Source of the DNA: Felis catus
Lineage: Eukaryota
Reading direction: 5' to 3'
NCBI RefSeq assembly: GCF_018350175.1
Contig: NC_058368.1
Location: 155,622,001-155,686,000, forward strand
Length of the DNA stretch: 64,000 bases
Part shown: positions 1 through 14,187 of the stretch, piece by piece
How positions within the stretch are numbered: position 1 is the stretch's first letter
Layout of the letters: every line of letters starts with the position of its first letter
The notes under the pieces: model-generated
What the model was told of the DNA's origin: nothing
Databases searched by the model: none
What the model saw: the letters and a program-made list of their open reading frames with translations, nothing else
Position numbers and translations under genes: made by a program

Positions 1-1837
1 AAAACATTTTCTTTTGATTCTTTCTTCATAGGGCACTCTTGCTGCCCGCCCACGGCTTAAAAAAACAAACAAACAAAATACCCCCAAGCTTTCTAGTTTT
101 TCTAAGTCGAAAGAAACTACAGAAATCTTTCAGGAATGACTTTAATGGGAAAAAGAGAAGGATGATTAAGGTCTATGGCATTCCTCTTGTTTATGTGTTG
201 GTATCAAGTAATGAGATGAGAAAGAATCCAAAGTCAGATACTAGAAGAGAGGGGTTAACTACACCTCATGAAAACAAAAGGTCATTCCTCTTAAATTCCT
301 ATCCTTTAAGTGCATTTGAGTTGACTGTAAACATAAACAAAAGCCACTGGTGGGCAATTACATTTGAAGAAGTGGCCCATAAAAAGTGGAATATTCAGTA
401 TGTATTAGAATCAGTTACACAACATCTGATTTAATAGTTAGGTTTTAAGCGTTCCTCTCATAATACATGTTAAATGATCTCGACAAATCATATTCTGTAA
501 TGCAGCAAAATGACAATTTCATATAGTATGAGGCTGGTAGGACAAGAACATTAAAGCAAATTAATCTGTAAACCTTTATCTACATTAAAAGGTTGAAGAT
601 CTGCAGGCATTTGTAACAAGAACTTTACAATGAATTTGCCATTCCCAAAGTCATCTCACCAGACAGGAAAGAGGAACTTGGCATGTGACCAATAAATTAT
701 GAGAGAGCAACACCTCAGGGTTAGAGGGCACTGATGACTTCAACAAATCTCACCAGCTAGGGCACAGATTAAGCCGGGGGATAGGATGCCCTACAACCTT
801 AACCTGCTAATACCTTTACATTCTTAAGAATGACCTCTACTCTGCTCTTTCATATTAGTTGTTAGTTACACTAATTACAGCTTAACTGGTATTGTTGGTA
901 CCAGTTTCTCCCTCAAAAGACATGCAGAGAAAGGTTATCTCTAATAGCTTGAAATAACTTCAGCCAAATTCTGTTGTACACATTAGGAGCACTTAGCTCC
1001 AGTGTTGAATGGGTCTTTTATAGACATCAAAGGAGAGACACTAAAAGCAATGTGTGTTTGTGGATTCTATAAAGCATTTCATATAGGAAGCTGTAAAAAT
1101 AAGAACAGTAACTTCTCCTGTGACGAGAATTTCAGAATGGTTTAAAACAAGGTAGCTTATTTTTGATGTTTATTTTCAACATACAGGGGCTGGTGATTTC
1201 AAATATAAGGGGCTAGTTATATCGTAACCACACTACTGAAGTAAAAATACTTTGCCCATGAAATTCCCTCAAAATTTATGGTTTTTAGAAAAGGAATAAT
1301 GAAATTTCTATCACGATTTTTTAGAATCGTTTTAAGTTCCACATTTACACTGATGTTAACCTAACATTATATGGAACTGTGCACAGATTCCAAAGCCCAT
1401 TTATGAAGATTCAAATACCATCTGTGGAGCTGCAGTAAATTACCCTGTAACATTAATCTTTAAACCAGGCACTAAATCAGAACAGAAACATACCGAAGAG
1501 ATTTAAAGCAAGAGAGTCATAACTGAATTATCGAGATTAATGTAAATAGTTCCACATATAAGAGTTGCAGGTTCTCAATATTACACTGTCTTCACTTTGA
1601 ATGAAACATATAAAATTACATCCAAATCTTAAAAATGAGTTACTAATATCTAAGTGACACCAGTGGTTTTTGTACATACAACAAGAACTGAAAAGGATGG
1701 CTGAATGGTGTTGTTAATGTAAGCGTGCTCCGAATTAAGAAATACAGTAACAAAATTTATATTTTATAAAATAGATATATTAGGAAGTGACTATTAACAT
1801 TACAAAAATAAACTTAGCTTTACAAAAGGGAATCTTT

Positions 1838-2058
1838 TTAAAAAAATTTTTTTTTAACATTTATTTATTTTTGAGACAGAGAGAGACAGAGCATGAACAG
1901 GGGAGGGGAAGAGAGAGAGGGAGACACAAAATTGGAAGCAGGCTCCAGGCTCTGAGCCATCAGCCCAGAGCCCGACGGGGGGCTGGAACTCACGGACCGC
2001 GAGATCGTGACCTGAGCTGAAGTCGGACGCTTAACCAACTGAGCCACCCAGGCGCCCC
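1838..2058 (-). mobile_element. CanSINE (SINEC_Fc), young
   Basis: GGGGCGCCTGGGTGGCTCAG head, (CT)n tract and A-tail. Perfect 15-bp TSD caaaagggaatcttt at 1823-1837 and 2059-2073. Confidence 0.95.
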
Positions 2059-2269
2059 CAAAAGGGAATCTTTAAGCCAAACCTAGACTTCTTAAAAGAT
2101 GTCCATCAGCAGAATTTTCATGTAAATGAAACTCTTCAGGACAATGAAGAAGGATAATTAGAGCACTATGTGTCATCAAATTCAAAATGCCATTAATTTT
2201 AAGGTTTGTCATTATTCCCCATACCACTTAGGAAGAAAAAAACACTGCCAATTAAACTATGACACAATG

Positions 2270-2482
2270 GTTTGTTTTTTTTTTTATGTTTATTTTTGAG
2301 AGAGAGACATAGAGAGTGTGAGTTGAGGAAAGGGCAGAGAGACAGGGAGACACAGAATCCAAAGCAGGCTCCAGGCTCTGAGCTGTCAGCACAGAGCCCG
2401 ACGTGGAGCTCGAATCCATGAACCATGAGATCATGACCTGAGCCGAAGTCAACATTCAACCAACTGAGGCACTCAGCGCTCC
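2270..2482 (-). mobile_element. CanSINE
   Basis: Typical body; TSD tgacacaatg at 2260-2269 and 2483-2492. Confidence 0.93.
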
Positions 2483-3636
2483 TGACACAATGTTTTCTTA
2501 TGACATTAACTGCAAGATATATTTGTATGTTATGTAGTTACAACTGCATCTTGTCATCAGTGAAATACAATATTTTATAATAAATTGACTTGCCTATTAA
2601 TGCACTTAATGAGTATGTTTGTATGTAAGAGCAATCTAATTTTGAAATCTAGTCACGAGGTAATAAATTTTATTGAATATAAAGCATTGAGAGGACATTG
2701 ACCATATATTTTTTATCTTCTCTGAGGGCAGAAGTGGACGAAGAGCAACTGATACATTGGTAATTTTGGTTTGCTTGGGTAATTTACTTATTCACTAACA
2801 TTCCTACTTTTTTCCACCAAGGATTTAAGGCAGATGACAAGAAGATCACATCCAATAAAATAATTAGGGAAATAAGAAATAAAACATCAGAACTGGGGAA
2901 AAGAACAAAAGCAAACAGATTGTAAGAATTCACTTCAATTAGATATATAAATAATTTATGACTAACAAAATAGGTCCTAGATTTTTATTTTTCACTTATT
3001 TAAAAAAATAAGCCATAATATATTTGTCTGTGACAGTTAATGGACAATTTTGTCAGAAGTATGTAGGACCCTCCTAATCTCAAGTAATTTCCATAAAAAA
3101 GAGTATTACAGTGTTCTATTACATGCTAAAAGATAGATACCAAATAAAAGTATAACCAAGAGAGAAATTAAAAACTGGGGGAAATAACCCCAAAACATCA
3201 GAAGCTTTCCCTTGAAAAGATTAATTTTATTGCAGCAATAGCTAAAGTAGGATTAACATGAACAACCAGTGGATGAAGTCTGTGTATGTGCAAATGTTAA
3301 AAACATTCTGTGGTACAGCCACTGCTAAGCTATCTTAGGATACAGGTGGGTAAATGAATGGGACCACCATTCGTTTACAACTTGAAGGTACTAGCTGGAA
3401 TGAATACTTGTGCAAGTAGGCCCTCCACATAGCGGGTCATAGGCTTCATGCAGTAAAAGGTAAGTGCAGCAAGGTGACCCAGGGCATTGTATGAACATTT
3501 AGATCTATTTCAAAATCACAAATGGGAAAATAATCTGCTGATAGATCAGTTCAAGAGTTTAAAAAGTAGGATCTTTCTGTATTTAGTCACCCCACATTTT
3601 CTCTTCTCTCTACATCAGATAACATAAGCATCTGAC

Positions 3637-4229
3637 TGTGGCACGTACATTATGTTCTCCAAGAAACTAGACAACTATGGGGCATATCCAAAATGTTTCT
3701 TTGGGGAAGCTCTCCTCTTCAATTCACACAGCTTTTGTTGGACTAACAGTTACAATGTCATGCTCAGCCCCAACCCTTTCAAGACATGGCTAGGCCAGGC
3801 TGGCCAATCACAGCCAGTCCTACTATTCAATCTCTTTGGTTTCAGTGATTAGTTCAGGGATCATCATAGTACCCAAGCAGGGCCAATAATTTTCACTAAC
3901 ATTCTTATTCAGATGCTAGCACTTTTTCTCTGGGATATTGCTAAATAGAAGATGCTACATCTGCTTATATCTACGCTCCCTGTACTCGGTGAGAGAAAGC
4001 CCTGTTTTAAGAAAGAAAGAAAGAATGAGGCCAAATGGCAAAGAAAAGTAGAGAAGAAGATGGAGAGAGAGTCTGGATGACAGAGTTTGAGCCCCAATAT
4101 CTAGTTGTACCAGAAGCAGATTTACCCTTGGGTTTCTCCATTTGCATGAATCATTAAATTACTTTTGTTTGCTAAGAAGTTTGAATAGGAGTAATGTGAC
4201 TTATAATGAAGGAAGTCTCTACTAACACA
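3637..4229 (+). mobile_element. Ancient MaLR LTR (MLT1J/K/L-like)
   Basis: Degenerate MLT1-like motifs (acccaagcagggccaat; ttgaatagga...gtgacttataatgaaggaagtctctactaacaca end). Boundaries approximate. Confidence 0.5.
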
Positions 4230-4399
4230 GTAATTTAAAAGACTAGATTGTATTCTACTCTTTTTTTTTTCAACTGCTATAAAATGTGAGAATGATATTC
4301 ATGTGTGCATATTTGAATTCATGGGTACATGTTTGAATCTGTGAAATAACTATACAGTACATTTTAATAGTAGCATCTACAAAAATGTTAATACATGTT

Positions 4400-4490
4400 T
4401 TCAAGTAATCTCTACAGCCAACATGGGGCTCAAACTTACAACCCTGAAATCAAGAGTCTCATGCTCTCCCAACCGAGCTAGTCAGGCAGC
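4400..4490 (-). mobile_element. Short old CanSINE (tRNA-derived part only)
   Basis: ggggctcaaacttacaaccctgaaatcaagagtc; TSD aaaatgttaata at 4382-4393 and 4491-4502. Confidence 0.8.
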
Positions 4491-5385
4491 AAAATGTTAA
4501 TATGTGTTTAAGGGCAAGAAGGGTTTGAATTATCCAAGTAAGTGCTACAGATAACCACACAGGTAAGTAATCCAAAATAATTCATGTTCAGTTTTCTAAT
4601 ATTTAATATTTATTCAGTTTTTTAATATTTACATAATGAAGAGAGGAGGGCAGTGGGAGAGGGGAAGGAGCTTATTCTCCTTACTATGTTTTCCTAGGCA
4701 CAACTAAAAGTAGCTTGCATTTGCTGAAAATACATGAGCTTAATAGTGGGAAAAAGAGGCACAGAAATGTACTGGGGGAAAAAAAAGGAATGCTAACCAA
4801 AGATGGTTTTACTGCAGATAATTCCCTGAAAAAACAATGCACTCATAAACAACTGAGAGCTAGGTGCAGCTATTTCTCTTGGGTAAGAAGGCCATGGGCA
4901 TTGGGCAACAAGTGCTTTTCCAGAATGAATTTTCATATTGCTTGCATTTTAACATGTAAACCATTGTAAAAATGGACTAGGAAAAAAACCTGTCATCTCG
5001 CATTATGATTTGAATGAGCTATAAGTCCACCTCGAGTTACAAACAACTCCAATAAAAATACCTGTGTTCTCAGAATGATTACTTACCTTCCACTTTCTTA
5101 TTAAATTCCCACATAGTTAACTATTAGAAGCCTCAAGTAACTAGGCTATCTACCTCTGGCTATTCTCTGTTGGTAGTAAGGGTCTGAAAAGGCAATGGCC
5201 TCATGGAATGCACTGGACATGAATCTGATACCATAAGCAGATGTCTCAAAATTATTCACCTAACAACTATTTAATCATACATACTTTGGGGATTTTCAGA
5301 AGTAATACATATTCATAAGAAATAGACCTATCAGTGCTGGATCCTAAAAGATTTCTGGCCTGTTTTCTAAACAAAATTTGCCTGT

Positions 5386-5612
5386 GGGGCACCTAGGTGG
5401 CTCAGTTGGTTAAGCAGTTGGTTCTTGATTTCAGCTCAGGTCATGATCTTATGGCTCAGCTCATGGGTTTGAGCCCCATATTGGGGCTGTCAGCACAGAG
5501 CCTGCTTGGGATCCTCTCTCTCTCTCTGCCCCTCCTCTGCTCGTGTTCTCTCTCTCAAAACAAATAAGATTTAAAAAATAAACAAAACAAAACAACCCCC
5601 CCCAAAACCCCC
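5386..5612 (+). mobile_element. CanSINE (older subfamily)
   Basis: ggggcacctaggtggctcag head; TSD acaaaatttg(c/t)ctgt at 5371-5385 and 5613-5627. Confidence 0.92.
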
Positions 5613-5653
5613 ACAAAATTTGTCTGTTGAAATAACTTAGGCTAAAAAGTGCC

Positions 5654-6317
5654 ACTTACACCATACACAAAAATAAATTCAAAATGGATGAAAGACCTAA
5701 ATGTGAGACATAAAACCATCAAAATTATATAGGAGAAAACAGGCAGCAACCGCTTTGACCGTGGCCACAGCAACCTCTTACTTTACGTGTCTCTGGAGGC
5801 AACGGAAATAAACAGAAAAATGAACTAATGGGACCATATCAAGATAAAAAGCTTCCGCACAATGAAGGAAACAATCAAAAAAACTAAAAGTCAACCTTTG
5901 GAATGGGAGAAGATAGTTGCAAATGACATATCAGATAAAGGGTTAGTATCCAAAATCTATAAAGAACTTGTCAAACTCAAACTCAAAAAACAAATAATCA
6001 AGTGAAGAAATGGGCAGAAGACATGAATAGACATTTCACCAAAGAAGATATCCAGATGGCTAACAGACACAGGAAAAGATGTTCAACATCACTCATTATC
6101 AGGGAACTACAAATCAAAACCATAACGAGATACCACCTCACACCTTTCAACATTGCTAAAACTAACAACTCAGGAAACAACAGATGTTAGTAAGGATGCA
6201 GAGAAAGGGGAACCCTTTGTATTGCTGGTGGGAACGCAAACTGGTGCAGTCACTCTGGAAAACTGTATGGACGTTCTTCAAAATATTAAAAAATTTTTTT
6301 AAGGTGTATTTATTTTT

Positions 6318-6360
<43 letters not shown>

Positions 6361-7141
6361 GAGGGGCAGAGGGAGAGGGAGACACAGAATCCGAAACAGG
6401 TTCCAGGCTCTGAGCTGTCAGCATAGAGCCCGATGTGGGGCTCAAACTCACAAACTGTGAGATCATGACCTGAGTTGAAGTTGGATGCTTAACTGACTGA
6501 GCCACCCAGGTGTCCCAGTTCTTCAAAATATTAAAAACAGAACTACCCCATAACCCAGCAATTGCATTACTAGGTACTTACCCAAAGGATATAAAAATGC
6601 TGATTCAAAAGGGCACATGCAGCCCAATATTTATAGCAGCACTATCAACAATAACCAAATTATGGAAAGAGCCCAAATGTCTATTGACTGATGAATGGAT
6701 AAAGAAGATGTGGTATATCTGTACAATGGAATGCTACTCAGCAATGAAAAATAATGAAATCCTGCCATTTGCAACAATGTGGATGGAACAAGAGGGTATT
6801 ATGCTAAGCAAAATAAGTCAGTCAGAGAAAGATAGGTATCATATGATTTCACTCACATGTGAAATTTGAGAAACTCAACAGATGAACATGGGGAAGAGAA
6901 GGAAAAATAAGATAAAAAGAAAGAAGGAGGTAAACCATAAGAGACGCTTAAATAGAGAACAAACTGAGGGCTGCTGGAGGAGAGCTGGGTGGAGGGTAGG
7001 TTAAATGGGTGATTAGCATTAAGAAGGGCACTGGTTGGGATGGGCACTGGTGTCATATGCAAGAGATGAATCACTGGGTTCTACTCCTAAAGCCAAGACT
7101 ACACTGTATGTTAACTAATTTGAATTAAAAAAAAAAAAAAA
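5654..7141 (+). mobile_element. 5'-truncated carnivore LINE-1 (ORF2 C-terminus, 3'UTR, poly-A)
   Basis: ORF2 remnants [12 protein letters not shown] and DEWIKKMWYI...HMISLTCEI*, then a G-rich 3'UTR and A-tail at 7127-7141. Interrupted by a SINE. Confidence 0.93.
6288..6516 (-). mobile_element. CanSINE nested in L1
   Basis: SINE body with (GA)n; TSD gttcttcaaaatatt at 6273-6287 and 6518-6532. Confidence 0.93.
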
Positions 7142-8170
7142 GGATCACTTGGTATTTAAAGACAAAGCATGGATGTCAAGACACGTGTTTATTGATGGCT
7201 CTGAAACTGGTGAGTTTGCTTGATTTGGGAAAAATATTCAGTCTTCAAATTCTATGTTGATACTAAGGACTCATTTTAGGTAGTTTTATTAGAATTACTA
7301 TATGTGAAAGCATTTCAGTATTTATGGATGGAAGCAACATTAGATTTATTTAAAGTTTGTTTGCTTGTTTGTTTTTTACAAAAAAGAGCATTATGAAGCA
7401 CTGCATTGTTCTTTATGGCTTCCTAAGTACTTTGCAATGATTTTTATGAGGATTTTTTTTTTCAGGGTGTTCTAAGAATGACTTTACAGGAGTATGTTAT
7501 AGCAGTCATTTTTATTTCATATGAGAATTAAACACAGATGGATTAATTATTTTTCATAATTAAATTATATGCTACACAAATTTAGACACCTATTCAATCT
7601 CTAGTGTCATGGGCAGAGACAGTAGAACTGTTCCATGACAGTCAACTTGAGTTTCTAATCAAATGTATTTTTGCAAACAAAGGAAACTAGGCTACTACTA
7701 CATAACATATTTCCTTTGGTGCCTTATAGTTTTTTTCAATAACCGAAACCTTCTCAGTATTTATAATATCATAATAAGCTTAAAGGAAATAGCTTTTTTA
7801 TCAAGAGCCTCGTGGAGGCGATTGACTCTAGAGAACAGCAGGCCAGCAGATCTGCTGACTATTAATTTCTGTAGATTTGCTAATCAGTAGTGTCAAGGCA
7901 AACCATCAGGAAGCTTTATATCAGTACTATACTAAACTATTCTAGTTCTCAGAAGGAAGGCCTTAAAAACCTCAAATCTTAGTATTAAGGCTTAGGCTAT
8001 TCGTCATCAGTCAATATAAAAACCAGCCACATGAAGAATAACTTTTTTTTTTCTTAACTAACAATATCAACAAAAATAATATAATTAAAGAAATTATCTA
8101 TTGTGTTGCTCACTGTCACCTGAGGAATGATATGTTAATCTTTACATTTAATGTTAAGAAAATATTTCTC

Positions 8171-11100
8171 GTGGAAAAATATTCCATGTTCATGGATAGG
8201 AATAGCGAATATTGTCAAAATGTCCATACTATCCAAAAAAATCTACAAATTTCATGCAATCCCTATCAAAACACCAACAATTTTTTTTTTTCACAGAACC
8301 AGAACAAACAGTCCTAAAATTTATATGGAACCACCAAAGATCTCAAATAGCCAAAGAAATCTTGAAAAAGGAAAATAACACTGGAGGTCTCACAATTCCA
8401 GGTTTCAGGTTACACCACAAAGCTGTAGAAATCAAAACAGTATGGTATGAGCACAAAAAAGGACACATAGATTAATGGAATAGTATAGAAAGCCCAGAAA
8501 CAAAACCATGATTATATGGTAAAATAATCTTGGACAGAAGAGGCAAGAATATGCAATGAGAAAAAGTCTCTTCAACAAATGGTGTTGGGACTGGACAACT
8601 ACATGCAAAAGAATGAAAATGGGCCACTTTCTTTCACCACACACAAAAATAAGCTCAAAATGGATTAAGAAACTAAATATGAGATCAGAATTAAATGCTT
8701 CTGCACAGAAAAGGAAACTATTGACAAAACTAAGACAACTTGCTGAATGGGAGAAGATATTTGTAAATGACATATTTGATAAAGGGTTAGTTATCCAAGA
8801 TATATAAAGAACTTATAAAACTCAACATCCAAAAACCAAATAATCCAATTAAAAAATGGGCAGAAGACATGACCAGACATTTCTCCAAAAAAGACATACA
8901 GATTGCTAACAGACACATGAAAAGATGCTCAATGTCACTCATCATGGAAATGCAAATCAAAACCACAATGAGATATTACTTCACACACCTGTCAAAAAGG
9001 CTAAACTCAAAAACACAAGGAACAAATTCTGGCGAGGATGTGGAGACAAAGGATCCCTTGTGTACTGTTGGTGGGAAACTGGTGCAGCCAATCTGGAAGA
9101 CAATGTGGAAGTTCCTCAAAAAATTAAACGTAGAATTACCATATGAGCCAGTAATTCCACTACTGAGTATTGAGCCACAGAATATGAAAACACGAATTCA
9201 AAAGGATACATGTATCTCTGTGTTTATTGCAGCATTATTCACAATCGCCAAATTATGGAAGCAGTGCCAAGTGACCATTGATGGATGGATAGAGAAGTGG
9301 TATACATGCATGCTTTCTGAAGACAACATTAGGAAAGTTGAAGTCAACTACAAGAAAAACATTGGAAATACCATAAATACATGGAGGTTAAAGAATATCC
9401 TGCTAAAGAATAAATGGGTTAACCAGGAAATTAAAGAAGAAATAGAAAAATACATAGAAACAAATGAAAATGAAAAACAACAGTCTAAAACCTTTGGGAT
9501 GCAGCAATACTGGTCATAAGAGGGAAGTATATAGCAATACAGGTCTACTTCAAGAAGCAAGAAAAATCTCTAATACACAACCTAACCTTACACATAAAGG
9601 AACTAGAAAAAGAACAACAAATAAAGCCTAAGGCCAATAGACAGAAGAAGGGGAATAGCAGAAATAAATAATATAGAAACAAACAAAACAGTAGAACAGA
9701 TCAATGAAATTAGGAGCTGATTCTTTGAAGGAATTAATAAAATTGATAACCCCCTAGCAAGACTTACCAGAAAGGACCCCAAATCAATAAAATCTCAAAT
9801 GACAGAGGAGAGATCAACAACAGAGAAATACAATTGTAAGAGAGTATTATGAAAATTATACACCAACAAATTGGGCAATATGGAAGAAATGAATAAACTC
9901 CTAGAAACATATAAACTATCAACTTCCTGTGCTGAAACAGGAAGAAATAGAAAATTTGAACAGACCCATAACCAGCAAAGAAATTGAATCAGTAATCAAA
10001 AATCTCCCAAAAACCAAAAGTCCAGGGCCCGATGGCTTCCAAGGGGAATTCTATCAAACATTTAAAGAAGAGATAATACCTATTCTTCTCAAGCTGTTTC
10101 AAAAAACAGAAATTGAAGGAAAACTTCCAAACTCATTCTACAGGACCAGCATTATTTTGATTCCAAAAAGACAAAGACCACATTAAAAAAGAGAATTATA
10201 GGCCCATATCGCTGATGAACATGGATGCAAAAATTCTCAATAAAATACTGGCAAATGGAATCTAATAGTACATTAAAAGAATCATTCAAAAATCAAGTAG
10301 GACTTATTACTGGGCTGCAAGAGTGGTTCAATAGTTGCACATCAGTCAAAGTGATACACCACATTAATAAAAGAAAGGCTAAGAATCATATGATCTTTCA
10401 ATAGATGCAGAAAAAACATTTGAGAAAGTACAGCAGTAGGGATAGATGGAACATACCTCAACATCATAGAGGCCATACATGAAAGACCCACAGCTAATAT
10501 TATGCTTAAGGGGGAAAGACAGAGAGCTTTTTCTCTACGGTCAGGAACATGACAGGGAGGCCCACTCTCACCATTGTTATTTAACATACTATTGGAAGTT
10601 CTAGCCTCAGCAATCAGGCAACAAAAAGAAATAAAAGGCATACAAACTGGCAAGGAAGAAATCAAACTTTCATTATTTGCAGATAAATTATTTGCAGACA
10701 GGATACTCTATGTAGAAAACCCAAAAGACTCCACCAAAAAATTACTAGAACTGATACATGAATTCAGTAAAGTCGCAGGATATAAAATCAACATACAGAA
10801 ATCTGTTGCATTTCTATACATCAATAATGAACCAACAGAAAGAGAAATCAAAGAATCAATTCCATTTACAATTGTAACCAAAACTATAAGATACTTAGGA
10901 GTACACTTAACCAAAGATATAAAAGATCTGTACTTTAAAAATTATAGAACACTTATGGAAGAAATTAAAGATGATACAAAAAAATGGAAAAACATTCCAT
11001 GCTCATGGATTCAAAAACAAATATTGTTAAAATGTTTATACTACCCAAAGCAATCTATGCATTTAATGCAATCCCTGTCAAAATACCAGGAAAGAATATC

Positions 11101-12075
11101 CATTGGGAAAAAAGACAGTCTCTTGAACAAATGGTGCTGGGAAAACTGGACAGCAGCATGCAGAAGAATGAAACAAGGCCAATGTCTTACACCATACACA
11201 AAAATAAATTCAAAATGGATGAAAGACCTAAATGTGAGACATGAAACCGTCAAATCCTAGAGGACAACACAGGCAGCAACCTCTTTGATCTCAGCCATAG
11301 CAACTTCTTACTAGACATGTCTCAGAGGCAAGGGAAACAACAGCAAACATGAACTATTGGGACCTCATCAAGATAAAAGGCTTCTGCACAGCAAAGGAAA
11401 CAATCAACATAACTAAACGGCAGCCAACGGAATGGTAGAAGATATTTGCAAATGACACATCTGATGAAGAGTTAGTATCCCAAATCTATAAAGAACTTCT
11501 CAAACTCAACACCCAAAAAACAAATAATCCAGTGAAGAAATGGGCAGAAAACATGAACAGACATTTCTCCAAAGAAGATATCCAGATGGCTAATAGACAC
11601 ATGAAAAGATGTTCAACATCACTCATCATCAGGGAAATACAAATCAAAACTACAGTGAGATACCATCTCACACTTGTCAGAATGGCTAAAATGAACAACT
11701 TGGTTAACAGCAGACGTTGGTGAGGATGTGGAGAAAGGGGAACCCTCTCACACTGTTGGTGGGAATGCAAACTGGTGTAGCTACTCTGGCAAACAGTATG
11801 GAGATTGTTCAAAAAGTTAAAAATAGAACTACCCTATGATCCAGCAATTGCACTATTAGGTACTTACCCAAAGGATACAAAAATACAGAACTGATGGATT
11901 ACCATAGGGGAAGGGCGGTGGGGAGATGGATGAAATAAGGTGAAGGGGATTAAGAGAATACCCATCTTGATGAGCACTGAGTAATACATAGAATCGGTGA
12001 ATCACTATATTGTACACCTGAAACTAACATAATACCGTATGTTAACTATACTGGAATAATAATAAAAATAAAAAT
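8171..12075 (+). mobile_element. Composite degenerate LINE-1 (two ORF2 segments plus 3'UTR)
   Basis: ORF2 remnants: [29 protein letters not shown]...[24 protein letters not shown]. Many stops and deletions. Near-identical TSD aaaatattt(c/t)tc at 8159-8170 and 12076-12087. Confidence 0.92.
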
Positions 12076-13954
12076 AAAATATTTTTCCTAATACATTCTG
12101 GAAGATTCATGTAATTAGCTTCAACTGAGACTAAGGTACATAAGTACTGAGACCTATGTAACTTTTTTGCTATGGCTGCCAGGATTTTAACCACTACATT
12201 TAACTCTGAATTGCAGTAACTAATCTTAGCCTAGATTTTTTGTCAAAAAAACCTCTTTTCACTTTTCCTTTCATTCCTGACTTTTGGTCTTTTCTCCTGG
12301 TTCTCATACTCTCCACTTAACAGCTCCTAGTTACCCGTGAAGTCTTAGTTCAGGTTGTCCTGGCTCTTAATAACGTTCCTGGATATCCCTCAGTGAGTTA
12401 TGTGCTCCTTTCTCTGTGCTGCTCATTTGCCCGTTCCTCTAATATGGGCCACCTGTTGAGGTGATTCTTGATTTTCTCACTTCTTTACTCAATCTAGCCT
12501 ATATGTTCCTTGTCTAATTCTGAGTCTTCAGTGCTTAGCCCCTAATAGGTGCTTAGTAGATAGTCACTGAGGAAGTACAGAAGTATAATGCAATGGCTTA
12601 TGGGAATGTAAGAATGTGGAACCTGGAGGAAGAGCAGGAGTTGATCTGTGGGCTACAGCAAGGATGTCTGGAAGACGGTGAACAGCTGCCATCCTCAGTG
12701 CTCTCCTTTCGCTTGCCTTGTTATGGTGCATTACTTTTGATCTATGTAGGTCATATTTTATATAATGTATTTATATGAATATTAGTATATATGTGCACAT
12801 GTTTTCAGAACAGCGAGAAATGAAATCATCGCTCTATAAATTTAATAATATTTGCAAGAATATAAAAATACATGTAGTCAGATCATGTAATTATACATGC
12901 GTATTTGTGATTGGGGCAGGTGGAGTTTTATGGGTGAATCTTAGAATGTACATGGAGATAAACATGCTAAAGATTTAAGAGATATTCCACTGAATACATG
13001 GAATCATTATTGTCCTCATTAAAACAATGATAGAAAATCTATACTAGCTTTTTAGTAGAAAGTGGTATTTCCTTTATATGTGGTTTTATTTCAACTGCAG
13101 TATCACTGGATCAACTGTGAGAAAATATTTAAATCTCACAAATTCAAGTACCTTCTGTTTCCTAAATGTTCACATGGTGTATATATGTGCACAGAGAATG
13201 TTCACCAAATAAATTGTTTACTGACTAATGCAAGAAACTCAGTTTAAAAATAAAAATGATATAATTTTTTATGGAGGGTGCCATTTCTGGAAACTCAAAT
13301 AAAAAGGATAAAGATTCTTTCACTTCTCATTTAAAACCATAACATTTCCGTTAGTATTTTGCTTAAAATTTCTTGGCCCAGAAGACAAAAATTTATGGCT
13401 TTAGATTAACTACTTTAATGATGTGACACAGAAACAGCAAAATGTTCTTTTCTACCTATGGTGTTGGTGTGATTGCTTCTTCAGGAGAGAAAAGAACACA
13501 ATAAATTCCTGTATGGTAAGTCTTTTCCCACTTCTCTTTAGTTTAAATCTCAAAGGTAATACATATTTACAGACAGACAAGAGCGATAAAAATATGTGTG
13601 AAATGAGGTAATAATCTACAGTATTTGCATGTACTTAATGAGTTACTATTACAGAAAGAATGATTTACACTTCCTGTACTGAGAAAACTTACTCGGTGTC
13701 TACTTAGATTTAGCAGTAGTCTTAAAACAATCAGTGTCTAAACACTTGCTATCAGCTGTTTTAGCTCTGCTTTTCATCAATATAACACAATCATAACAAA
13801 TTAAAGGCAAGTCACTTGACTGTCCTGTTACATTAGCTTGATGAAATTAGTGGCTGGCAATTCTTAGTGGAAAGTGACAGGGCTTTCTCAATAGGTTCAC
13901 ATATCAATTTTTCTGGAGAGAGTAAGAATCATCTTTATCAAAATATCCAAAATT

Positions 13955-14187
13955 CTCTCTTCCTTCCTTCCTTCCTTCCTTCCTTCCTTCCTTCCTTCCT
14001 TCCTTCCTTCCTTCCTCCCTCCCTCCCTCCCTCCCTCCCTCCCTCCCTCCTCTCTCCCTTCTCTCTTTCTTCCCTTCCTCCCTTCTTGTTTCCTTTTTCT
14101 CTTTTCTTTTCTCTTTTCTTTTCTTTTCTTTTCTTTTCTCTTTTCTTTCTCTCCCTCTCTGTCTCTCTTTCTTTCTTTTCCTTTCTT
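13955..14187. repeat. Compound (CCTT)n/(CCCT)n/(CTTTT)n polypyrimidine microsatellite
   Basis: Directly visible; produces the spurious low-complexity ORFs at 13867-14257. Confidence 0.97.

Noticed and set aside
7844..7857. 14-bp palindrome cagcagatctgctg and other short hairpins (45253, 53782)
   Set aside because: Short enough to arise by chance; no RNA-gene context.
8132..11812. L1 ORF2 fragments as an active or domesticated reverse transcriptase
   Set aside because: Multiple stops, frameshifts and deletions, and a disrupted FADD motif.
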